64,000 nucleotides of DNA from an uncultured Planctomycetaceae bacterium (GTDB lineage: Bacteria; Planctomycetota; Planctomycetia; Pirellulales; Thermoguttaceae): contig CAWBLA010000009.1 in NCBI GenBank assembly GCA_963789525.1, forward strand, positions 332,999-396,998. Direction: 5' to 3'. Below, in pieces: positions 12,598-23,572 of the stretch. The position numbers and the translations under genes were made by a program. The number at the start of each line of letters is the position of its first letter. Position 1 is the first letter of the stretch. Below the pieces are notes generated by a model, which was not told the origin of the DNA, searched no databases, and saw only the letters and a list, made by a program, of their open reading frames with translations.

Positions 12598-14220
12598 TGC
12601 CCATGTTCGAAGAGTTTCAGCAAGCGGCGAAAACGATCTTCGAAGCCGCCCAACGCCGTGGAGCGCTGATCCGCAACCCTGGCACCGACCGGCTGAGGGC
12701 CCTTGCGCTGCAGGAGCCCGAGGTCAGGCAGACCGAGCTACGGCAGCCTCTACGCCGAGTCGGAACCGATGTCGCGGGCGGCCAAGAGGCACCGAGAACA
12801 ACGTCGACTCGCAGTTCGGCCACGACGAGCGCGAACTGCTGGAGCAGGCCAAGCACAGTCCTGGCCGACAAGAGAGTCTGATTTCGATCGACGTCGAGGT
12901 CGGCGACGGCACGCGAGGGAATCACCGCGCGGCTGATCGTGCCGCGGACGGTTCGCCCACGTCGCCTACGCGCGGCATGAAGCTGTTTCGAGCCGACCGC
13001 AACCGACGATCCCACCTACCAGGTGGTGATGTTCTTCGACGAGCGCGTTCGAGCAGAACAAGTCCGAAGCCGCTGCCGGAGAAGGACATCACCATCCGCC
13101 TGGCCCACGCCCCGGACGGCCGGATGGTCAAGTTCGTCCGCAACAGCAACTATTTCGGCGAATGGAAGAAGGGCGTGTTCGCCGGCGAAAACTATCGGGC
13201 GAAGCTGCACGGCGACGCCATCTTCCTCCACGCCGGCTGCCGCAAGGACACGCTGGAAAACCGCCGCGGCGTCTACGTGACCAACTACTCGCTGTTCGTG
13301 GCCCTCAGCGCCAACGGCAAGACCAGCACGACTTGCAAGGTGCTCGCCCGCAAGGGCCGCGAGCGATCGTGGCTGATCCAGGACGACGGCGGCACGCTCT
13401 ACCGCGACGGCCGGTTCCGCGGTTTCGAGGCCGGCGGGCTCTGTTCATCAAGACCGACTGCCTCAACCCCGGCGATCAGATCGAGGCCTACTACGCCTGC
13501 CTCCGTCAGAACACGTTCCTGGAGAACGTGTTCGTGACCGAGGACGGCAGCATCGACTTCTACGACTTGTCGCGGACCAGCAACGGCCGCGCCGTGGTCG
13601 AACGCCGCGACTTCATGCACGCGGCCAACGACATCAACGCCCGGCGGATCGACAACCTGTTCCTCATCACCCGCGGCAACATCATTCCCGCCGTGGCCAA
13701 GCTGACGCACGAGCAGGCGGCGGCCTTCATGGTGCTCGGCCAGTCGATGGAGTCGTCGGCCGGCGATCCGACGCAAGCCGGCAAGATCAAGAACGAGTTC
13801 TTCTACGACCCGTTCGTGGCCGGCGACCGCATCCGAGCACGCCAACCTGTTCTACGACATCCTCAAGTCCGACGGCCACATCAACTGCTACCTGTTGAAC
13901 ACCGGCTGGGTGGGCGAAGGAAACTCGTACCAGGACATCCGGCTGGCCGACACGATGGGCATTCTCGATTCGCTGTTCCGCGGCGGTGCGGAAGAGTGGT
14001 ACATGTCGCACAAGACCGGGCTGATGATCCCGCGCTCGGTCCGCGCCATCGACTCGATCCTGATGCATCCGGAGAAACTCTTCGCCGCGGCCGATTTCGA
14101 CGCCCGGCAGCAGGCGCTCAATCGCCATCGGGCAGAGTATATGGACAATTTCCCGGCCTCGATCCGCGGATCAAGGCCGTATTTCAAACCAAAGCGGCCG
14201 CAGTCGGCCAGGTGGCATAA
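12594..14220 (+). CDS. pckA: Phosphoenolpyruvate carboxykinase (ATP) family, divergent
   Basis: [15 protein letters not shown] (cf. YaGEmKKgiF), P-loop-like [52 protein letters not shown]...[17 protein letters not shown] (cf. LVNTGWnGtGkRIslkdTRaIIdAIlnG). Frameshifted. 5' end approximate. Confidence 0.65.
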
Positions 14221-15601
14221 TGCCTGTTGAACATCTCCAGACCAAGCATGCGATGCGCGGGACCGAAGCGGCAACTTCCGCCGCGGATACGAACGGGAAT
14301 GCGTCGCCGCCGGAGAAGGCAATTCTACTCTTCGGCGACCGGAGGATCGAACTGCCGGTGCTCACTGGGACCGAAGGCGAGCGGGCCGTGGACATCACCC
14401 GCCTCCGCGAGCAGACCGGGCTGGTCACCTACGACCCCTCGCTGGGCAACACCGCGGCTCTGCAAGAGCGCGATCACGTTCATCGACGGCGAGAAGGGGA
14501 TCCTCCGCTACCGGGGAATTCCCATCGAGCAGTTCACCGACAAGGCCGAACTTCGTCGAGGTCGCCTGGCTGTTGATTTTCGGGCGCCTGCCCAAGACAC
14601 GCCGAGCTGGACGAGTTCAGCGAATGGCTGACCGGACAACGAGCTGTTGCACGAGGGCTGCGGCACCAGTTCCAGCACATCCCGTCGACGCGCCGCCGAT
14701 GGCGATCCTCTCGGCCACGCTGAGCAACTTGTCGTATTTTCACCAGGGATTTCCTGCCCCGGACGACACCGAGTCGTTCGTTCAAGGCGGCCGCGCGGCT
14801 GATCAGCAAGGTGCGGACGATCGCCGCTTTCTACGCTACCGCCGTTCGCAGGGGCTGCCGTTCATCTATCCCGACCCGCACCTCCGCTACGCCGCCAACT
14901 TCCTGCACATGATGTTTTCGCTGCCCTACAAGCAGTACATCGTGACGCCGGAGATCGAAGACGCCCTGAACCTGATGTTCATCCTGCACGCCGACCACGA
15001 GCAGAATTGCAGCACGTCGACGGTGCGGGCGGTGGGCTCGGCGCGGGCGAACCTCTTCGCCTCGTGTGCCGCCGGCGTCTGCGCCCTGTGGGGGCCGCTG
15101 CACGGCGGGGCCAACGTCGAAGTCATGAAGATGCTCGAGCGGATCCACGACGGCGGCATGTCCGCCCGAAGAATGCATCCGCGAGCGCCAAGGACAAGGA
15201 CAATCCGCTTCCGGCTCTACGGCTTCGGCCACCGCGTCTACAGGAACTACGACCCGCGGGCGAAGATTCTCAAGGCGGCCTGCGACCGGGTGCTCGCCAC
15301 GCTCCAGGCGCAAGGACCCGCTGCTGGACATCGCCCGAAAGCTCGAAGAGCTGGCCCTGGAGGATCCCTACTTCGTCGAGCGCAAGCTCTATCCGAACGT
15401 CGATTTCTACAGCGGCATCCTCCTGCGGGCGATCGGCATTCCGACCAACATGTTCACGGTGTGTTTCGCCATCGGCCGGCTGCCGGGCTGGATCGCCCAA
15501 TGGAAGGAGCAGCACGAGGACCCGACGACCAGAATCTTCCGCCCCCGGCAGATCTACGTCGGCCCGAGAGAGACGCGCTACGTACCCATCGACGAGCGAT
15601 G
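14220..15601 (+). CDS. gltA: Citrate synthase (type II)
   Basis: [105 protein letters not shown]-terminus [25 protein letters not shown]-stop. Frameshifted. Confidence 0.85.
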
Positions 15602-15623
15602 ACGACCGCCCCGCTTCACTTTC

Positions 15624-16664
15624 TCAGCCACCGTAATTCACCAGGACGCTCTGGGCGACTTCCTCGGTAATCACCCCTTCGTCGAGCAAGTCGGAGGATC
15701 GACTGCTTCATGGTCACCATGCCGAACTTCGCGCCGGTCGTCATGATCGTCTTCAGGTGGAAGCCCGTCCCTTTGCGGATCAGATTCCGCACGGCGTCGG
15801 TCGACGTCAGGACTTCGCAGGCCACGCGTTTGCCGCCATCGATCGTGGGCACCAATTCCTGATGGATGGCCCCCTGCAACGAATCGGCCAGGGAATACCG
15901 GAGGCTGTTTTCGTCGCTGGCCAGCCCGTAGCTCAGCAACCGCTCGATCATCTTGTCGATCGAGATCACGTGCAGCGTGGAAATCACCAGCACGCCGGTT
16001 TCCGCGGCCGTCAGGGCGATCTTGATCGTGTCGTAATCGCGCATCTCGCCGATGGCGATCACGTCGGGGTCTTGACGCAGCGCGGCCCGCAGGCCGCTGG
16101 CGAACGATTGCGTGTCCTTGCCGACGCCCCGCTGCCGGACGATGCTCTTGTCGTTGACCTGCATGTACTCGATCGGGTCTTCGATGGTGATGATGTGCCG
16201 CCGGCAGTTCTTGTTGATCTCGTGGATCATGGCCGACATCGTGGTCGTTTTGCCCTGGCTCGTGCTGCCGGTAATCAGCACCAGCCCTTTGGTCCGGTGC
16301 GCAAGGTCCTTGACGATCGGGCGGCAGATCGCAGTTCTTCGAGGCTCTTCGGCTCGCCCGGCAGGATGCGGATGATCGCGCCCACGTTGCCGTCGTTGTA
16401 GTTGATGTTGACCCGATATCGCCCTTCGTCGTCGGCCAGCATCAGATCGTAGTCCAACAGCTTCTCGAACTGGCCGATTTGCTCTGGCGACAGCAATTCG
16501 TACGACAGCCTTCGGCTCATCTCCGAGCTGAGCGGCTTGTCGCTGATGGGCACCAGATCCTTGCCGATCCGGCAGATGACCGGGGCCCCCACGCAGATAT
16601 GAACGTCGCTGGCCTTCTTCGATTTGGCCGTGAGGAGAATCCTGCGGATGGTGTCAGTAACCAT
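15624..16664 (-). CDS. pilT: Type IV pilus retraction ATPase PilT
   Basis: N-terminal MVTDTIRRILLTAKSKKASDVHI...PEQIGQFEKLLDYD, Walker A GSTSQGKTTT, ITIEDPIEY, VLVISTLHV, C-terminus ...LLDEGVITEEVAQSVLVNYGG-stop after frame correction. ~346 aa. Confidence 0.8.
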
Positions 16665-16803
16665 GGCGACAAAGAAAACGGCTCATTGTCAGTCGTCGAT
16701 GCCGTCCATCATCTTTCGGGGCGACGAACGTGTCAATGGTCTGGGCGCTGAAATCGGATGCGCGACGCAGAGGGAGTGGCTTCAACTGTGTTGGCAGATC
16801 GCT

Positions 16804-17307
16804 CTACAGGTACCGATCGAGAATGCGGCGGCTACCGCTGTCCAAACGCCGCGCGTTGGGGATCAGGTAGCGAATGCCGTGCGCGTCGACTAGCAGGAAG
16901 CGGTTCGGGCCCAATCGCCGCACGTCGTTGTCGCTGTCTTCCATGAGAAAAGCTCGTCGGGCCACGATCGGTAACGATCCGCCATTGCGAAGGATCGGGG
17001 TCGGCGGCGACTTCTTCAATTCGCACCACAACCGGAACAAACTCGCGGCGGGCCAACTCTTCGTCGAGCAGTCTTCAGCAGCCCCGGCGGTAGCGTGCTC
17101 GGGTCGCGAACGCAAAGCAACTCATGGCCCTGGGCGTCGCAAATCGAGACATACTCGCCGGGCTCCGAGATTGGGAAAGGCGCGAACGACGTCGACGCCT
17201 TCAATGCGGCGACCGTCGGGCAGCGACAGGACGAGCTGTCCCCAGGCGTTGCGGTCCAGGCCAAAATCGGCGTTGCCGTGCGGTTCAGGGTCCACAATCG
17301 CCCTCAT
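16804..17307 (-). CDS. Small conserved protein resembling the DUF1854 family
   Basis: Merged frames give ...VRAFPISEPGEYVSICDAQGHELLCVRDPSTLP...EFVPVVVRIEEVAADPDPSQWRIVTDRGPTSF...DVRRLGPNRFLLVDAHGIRYLIPNARRLDSGSRRILDRYL. Its ATG overlaps the ABC exporter stop (ATGA). Family call is from memory and uncertain. Confidence 0.4.
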
Positions 17308-19215
17308 GTTTCGTCCTTGGTCGCGGCTGCTAAACCCTTTCGCCCGCGACTCATCTCCAACTGCGCGCGATACAGCCGGGCATACGTTCCTCGGCGCTCG
17401 AGCAACTGGCGGTGCGGGCCGACTTCCGTGATCCGGCCGCGCTCGACGACTACCAGGCGGTCGGCCCGGCGCAGCGTGCTCAGACGGTGGGCAATGGCGA
17501 TCGTCGTTCGGCCTTGGACCAGATTCTCCAGCGCCAATTGAATTTCCCGCTCGGTCTCAGTATCGACCGAAGAGGTGGCCTCGTCGAGAATCAAAATGCG
17601 CGGATCGATCAGCAGCGCCCGAGCAATGCTGATCCGCTGCCGTTCGCCGCCGGAGAGGAACTGGCCGCGTTCGCCGACCAACGAATCGTAGCCATCGGGG
17701 AGCCGCAGAACGAACTCGTGGGCGCGAGCGGCTCGGGCCGCGGCGACGATCTCCGCCCGTGACGCGTCCGGCCGGCCGTAGGCAACGTTCTCGGCGATCG
17801 TGCCGTAGAACAGGAACGGCTCTTGCAGCACGATGCCGATATGGCGGCGGTATTCGGCCAGGGGATAGCGAGCGGATATCTACGCCGTCGACCGAGATGG
17901 CCCCTTCCGATACGTCGTAGAAGCGGCAAACCAGGTTTACGAGCGTGGTTTTGCCCGCGCCGCTGGGGCCCACCAGGCCAATCATTTCGCCGGGCTGGAC
18001 GGTCAGGCTTATGTCTTCGAGAACCGGCCGGGCGGCATAGTGAAAGCCCACGCTCGCGAAACTCGACTTCGCCGCGCAGCCGCGTGGGATGCACGGGATT
18101 GACCGGTTCGGCCACGCTGGGCACGCGGTCCAGAATGGCAAAGATGCGCTGTGCGCTGGCTCCTGCCCGCTGAACGGCCGCCACCATGCGGCTCATGGAA
18201 TCCATGCGGCCGTAGAAGCGGCTGATGTACACCACAAACACGTTCAAGTCGCCGAACGTCAGGTTCCCGCTGAAAGACTCGCCAAGAGCCGTAGCCCCAC
18301 ACCGACGGCCAAACCCAGCGCGGTCAGCAGGCTGACGACCGGCTCGAAAAACGACCACAACGGTGTTGACCCGGCAGTTGGCCTGAAACACGCGGTCGTT
18401 GGCCGCGCGAGAACCACTCGACCTCGCGGCGCTCCTGGGCAAACGCCTTGACAACGCGGATGCCGGGAATAGTGTCGGCCAGCACGCTTGTCATTTCGCT
18501 CCAGGCCCGGGTACCCAGGGCAAAACCCCGTCGCATGCGGCTGCGTACGTGGTGCACGAGGAAGGCGATGACCGGCAAGGGAAGAAGGGTGGCCATGGCC
18601 AGCCGCGAATCGAGCGACAATAGAATCGCCGCGATGAACAACAGCATCAATACGTCATTGGCAAAATCGAGCAAATAGACCGAAAGAAAATAGCAAATCC
18701 GATCGGTGTCGGTGCTGACCCGCGAAATCAGATCGCCGGTCCGCTTGCCGCCGAAGAAATCCAGCGAAAGGCTTTGCATGTGACCATAGGTCCGATTGCG
18801 CAGGTCGGCAGCGATCCGCTCGCTTACCCAGGCCACGACATAGGTTCGTGCCCCAAGTCAGAAGCCAGGCCAGCACCGAGGCCCCCACAAACCCCAGCAG
18901 AAACAGCCAAACCAACAGAAACGATCGACTTGCCCCGCGATTCTGCGCCGGTATCAAGACGTCGTCGATCAGCGGCCGCGTCAGGTACGGTGGCACCAGG
19001 CTACGCCGCCGTGCTGGCCACCATCAACGTAAAGCCGACCGAGACGATCCACTTGTGCGGCTTGGCGAAAGCACCAGGCGTGAAAGCGCGCCAGCGCCGG
19101 TTTATTTTGACCGTCCCGCAATCGGGGCAGGTCTTCTGATCTGCCGCCAAGATGGCCCCGCAACTCGGGCAAACCGTGGTCGGCGACTCGGCGACGGCTC
19201 TTCGCCGTCGGCCAT
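17304..19215 (-). CDS. ABC exporter (fused TMD-NBD, MsbA-like), apparently with an N-terminal zinc-ribbon
   Basis: TM1 [16 protein letters not shown] preceded by [21 protein letters not shown] segments [19 protein letters not shown]..., Walker [14 protein letters not shown], signature [15 protein letters not shown], Walker [11 protein letters not shown]-loop AIAHRL. Multiple frameshifts. Start uncertain. Confidence 0.7.
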
Positions 19216-19787
19216 CTCGCCTGGCGGAGCCAATGGAAACGCTCTATCAGTCGATGGGCCTGCGGGCGACCGGCCGGCCGTGTATCGCCATTGGCACAGC
19301 AAGCTGTCGGCGCCCAGCAGATCCAAAACGCCGACGCCGGCCATGCTCCCTGGCCCGCACCGCTTGAATCTCCGCCAGCGGCCAAAAGCGGGGCAGTGCG
19401 GGCCGGCCAGTTAGGTCGCGGCGAACTTCGGCCGGTTCACGCCAGCAGCCGGCGGTCGGTCAGCAGCACTAGTCCCCCGGGCATAGTGCAGCCGGGTGTT
19501 CAGGTCGAGTTCGAGCCACGCCAACGGCGTCTCGCCCGACTGCCAGTTGTGCGTCGGCAAGCCGCGCAGATCGGCGGGAAGCTGTTGCCAGGTGCCGCGG
19601 GACGCGTTCAAGGGAAACCTCGGCGATATGGCATGATCAGAGTCGCCTCGCAGGACGCCAATCTCCCGCCAGAGAGTGTCTAAGCGGCGGAAACCAGTCT
19701 CTGCGTTGACAGATTCCGCGGGGGGTGGGTTATAGCAGCGTCAGGGTCTTGCCCGGTCAACTTGTACGATTCTAGCGATTGTACAAT

Positions 19788-19805
19788 ACACGATGAGTCT
19801 CGTGT
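19788..19805. promoter_or_regulatory. Palindrome ACACGA-TGAGTC-TCGTGT inside TGTAC(G/A)AT repeats; candidate operator
   Basis: Read from sequence in the 1.3-kb low-GC divergent intergenic region between the ABC exporter and cphA. TGTACGAT / TGTACAAT / TGTACGAT occur at 19763, 19781 and 19803. Confidence 0.2.
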
Positions 19806-20536
19806 ACGATCGCACCGCATGGGCTTTCGCCCCGGGAGCCCATCATAGCACTATGTTTGACTAAAGGACTATCGGCAAAGCTGCACCTCGTTGGTTGGTT
19901 TTCGGGACCACCCCTTTGGGCAGCATTGTTCGACTTCTCGGAATCCGATTCGCATGCGGGCCACGACCTGAGCGATTTTCGCCGTTTAAGGGTGCGCACG
20001 GCCGCCGTGCCTGCAACATAACCTCCCAAGGCGAGGCGCGATACATTTGCGAGCCTCCGCGGTTGAAAATTTCCAGCGTTGGGGGTTGCCTTTTTTACGT
20101 TACGAGGATCAAATGGGGCACTGGCTTTGCCAAAACGGCGAATAGGCCGTTTGGCATTTGCGTCTAACGGGAACATCCTTGGCCAATGGCTGCGTTTTGC
20201 TTAGTTCGCGATTGCGAAGCTCATCTCGATGCGCATCGCCGCGGTATATGTGGCGGAGCGGGCAAGGCGGGTAAGCTAGACCACGGCAATGGCACGTGTG
20301 GACTTATCATTACTCTACTCTTCACGGAATGGCATTATCTGCACGAAGCAATGGAACGAAGACCATAGCGGACTGAGCAGAAGATGCACGTTCAGTAACA
20401 TTGTTCGCGTTGTTATCGGGTGGGAGAAACCTGCCGATACAACCATTTGACTGCTTGCAGCGTAGATCAGCGATAGGATGCGACGATCCGTTCTGCTTCA
20501 GCGGGGATGGGCAAAGACATTCAACGAGAGACGGCC

Positions 20537-23271
20537 ATGGAATTCCGCAAAGTGTTGGCGTTTCGGGGGCCGAATGTATGGGCCAATTTCCCGGTGCTGG
20601 AAGCGTGGGTCGAACTGGGTGCGATTGGACAAGCCCTCAACCGAATTGCCGGGCTTCAGCGAACGATTGATTAGCTGGATGCCCAGCATGATCGAACACC
20701 GTTGCAGCATTGGCCAGCGCGGCGGCTTCTTTCAGCGTCTTCGCACCGGCACCTATCTGGGTCACATTCTCGAACACGTGACGTTGGAACTGCAGACCCT
20801 GGCCGGCAACGAAGTCGGTTTCGGCAAGGCCCGCGAGACTTCCGAAGCCGGCGTATACAAAGTGGTCATCGAGTATATCGAAGAGACGCTGGCGCCGCGA
20901 GTGCCTGGCGGTCGGCCCACGAGCTGTGTCTTGCGGCGGTCCACGATCGGCCATTCGACGTGACCGAGGAGATCGAGCGGCTTCGCGATTTGGCCCACGA
21001 AGTGTGTCTCGGCCCCAGCACCCGTGCCATCGTCCAGGCGGCCCAGGCCCGCAACATCCCTTGCCGGCGGTTGAACAGCGAAAGTCTCGTCGCTTTTTGG
21101 GCATGGCCGCAGGCAGCGGCGCATCCAGGCGGCCGAGACCGACCGCACCGGCGCCATAGCCGAGGCCATCGCCCAGGACAAGGAGATGACCCGCAAGTTG
21201 CTGCGGGCGGTTGGCGTGCCGACGCCCTGCGGGCGGCCGGTGAACGACGCCGAGGACGCCTGGGCCAGGCCGCCTGTGAGATCGGCGTGCCGGTGGTCGT
21301 CAAGCCGCAGGACGGCAACCAGGGCCGCGGCGTGGCCACTAACCTTGCCACGCGCGAGCAAGTCGTGGCGGGCTATCGACGCCGCGCGCAAGGAAGGGAG
21401 TCCGGTGCTGGTCGAAAAATTTGCCCCCGGCCATGACTACCGCGTTGCTGGTCGTCGGCGATCGCGTGGTGGCGGCCGCCCGGCGCGAGCCCGCCCAGGT
21501 CATGGGCGACGGCGTCCACAGCGTAGCCCAACTGGTCGAGTTGGCCAACGCCGATCCTCGCCGCAGCGAACACCATGCCACGGTGCTTAGCAAGATTAAA
21601 CTCGACCCGATTGCCTTGGCCGTCTGGCCGATCAGGGCCTCACGCCCGACTCGGTTCCCGTCGGCCGGGACGATCGTGCTGATTCGCCGCAACGCGAACC
21701 TCAGCACCGGCGGCACCGCCATCGACGTGACCGAGCGCGTGCATCCGGCGGTGGCGGCATGCGTGATCGACGCGGCCAAGATCATCGGCCTCGACGTTGC
21801 CGGCGTCGACGTGGTCGCTCAGGACATCTCCCGGCCCTTGGGCGAACAGGCCGGCGTGATCGTCGAGGTCAACGCCGCGCCGGGCCTCCGCATGCACCTG
21901 GAGCCGTCGGTCGGCATTTCGCGGCCGGTCGGCGAGGCGATCGTCGGCATCTTGATTCCCGAAGGACGAAACGGGCCGGATTCCGATAGTCGCCATCACG
22001 GGCGTCAACGGCAAGACGACCGTCACGCGGTTTATCGCCCATATCCTGCGCGGCGACTGGTCATTGCGTCGGAATGACGTGCACCGATGGCATTTTCATC
22101 AACGATCGCCGCATCGACAACGGCGATTGCAGCGGCCCGCAAAGCGCCCGGAGCGTCTTGATCAATCCGAGCGTCGACATGGCCGTTTTCGAGACTGCCC
22201 GCGGCGGCATTCTCCGCGAGGGGCTCGGCTTCGACTTCTGCGACGTGGCCGTCGTGACGAATATCGGCCAGGGCGACCACCTGGGCCTCTCCGACATCAA
22301 TACGCCCGAGGAACTGGCCAAGGTGAAACGGTGCATTGTCGAGGCGGTTGCCACTTCGGGCTACGCCGTGCTCAACGCCGCCGATCCGCTGGTCGCCGAT
22401 ATGGCGGCCCGTTGCCCCGGCGCCGTGGCTTTCTTTGCCCTCGACGCCGAACAATCCGGTAATCGTACGCCACCGCGCCGCGGGAGGCCGGGCAGTGTTG
22501 GTTCGCGACCGCCAGGTGATTCTGGCCGAGGGCGACCGCGAGGAAGTCCTTCTGCCGCTCGACCGGCTGCCGCTGACGCGCAACGGCCAGGTCGCGTTCC
22601 AGGTGGAAAACGCCATGGCCACGGTCGCTGCCGCCTGGTGCATGGGCATCTCGTGGAGATGATCCGCGCCCGCGGCCGAATCGTTGCCGCCGACGCCGAC
22701 AAGGTGCCCGGCCGCTTCAACGTCCTGGAAATTGACGGGGCGACGGTGGTGGTCGATTACGGCCACAACGCGCACTCGCTGGCGGCCGTGATCGAGGCCA
22801 TCAGCGGGCTGCCGCACCAGCGGCGCACGTGCGTCTACTCGACGGCCGGCGACCGCCGCGACTGCGACTTCATCGAACAGGGGCGGATGCTGGGCGAGCG
22901 CCTTCGACCGCGTCGTTCTCTACGCCGACAACTATCTCCGCGGCCGCACCGAGGCCGAAATCATCGGCCTGTTCCGCAAGGGCCTCGAATCGGCGACGCG
23001 GACCAAGGAAATCATCGAAGTCTCCGGGGCCACCAACGCCGCCGAGACCGCACTGGCCTCATCCCAGCCCGGCGATCTGGTGCTCTTGCAGGCCGACGCC
23101 ATCGACCAGACCATGCACTGGCTCCGCGGCTATTTGGCCGCGCGGAACGCCGTCGAGGTCATCGAGGCGGTGCTCGTCGAGCCGGTCAAGGAGCCGCTCG
23201 TCGTGTCGACGAAGGTCGCCGCGACGCCCGCCGAAATCCAACCCGGCTTCCTGGCCGACGTGAGGCGGTAA
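20537..23271 (+). CDS. cphA: Cyanophycin synthetase
   Basis: N-terminus MEFRKVLAFRGPNVWANFPVLEAWVELG...MPSMIEHRCSIGQRGGFFQRL, ATP-grasp region VVVKPQDGNQGRGV, ANLSTGGTAIDVT, VEVNAAPGLRMH, Mur-ligase-like region IVAITGVNGKTT, DVAVVTNIGQGDHLGL, VVDYGHN, YSTAGDRRD, C-terminus ...LLQADAIDQTMHWLRGYL. ~911 codons with at least 5 frameshifts. Confidence 0.85.
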
Positions 23272-23572
23272 CGGACTGCCAAAGCGTTTTTTGGAGGCTT
23301 AAGCGTTTTTGGGGGCCGTCCCCTCTCCCTTCGGGAGAGAGCTAGGGTGAGGGCGAGTTCCCAAATTTTCACCAGTTTCTCCTCGCGTGCGCACTGCGCC
23401 GCCCTCGTCAACGCCGCCTGCCCGATTTGTCGCCCCCACCATAGATTGATTGGCGCTCTCTCCGGTTCTAGTTACCTTGGGATGGGGCTCGCGTGGGCGA
23501 AGATCGGCACGTGCAGGGAAGATTCGGCCCATCGTCTACGGCAATCGGGCGGAAAAGACCGGGAGACTATAA

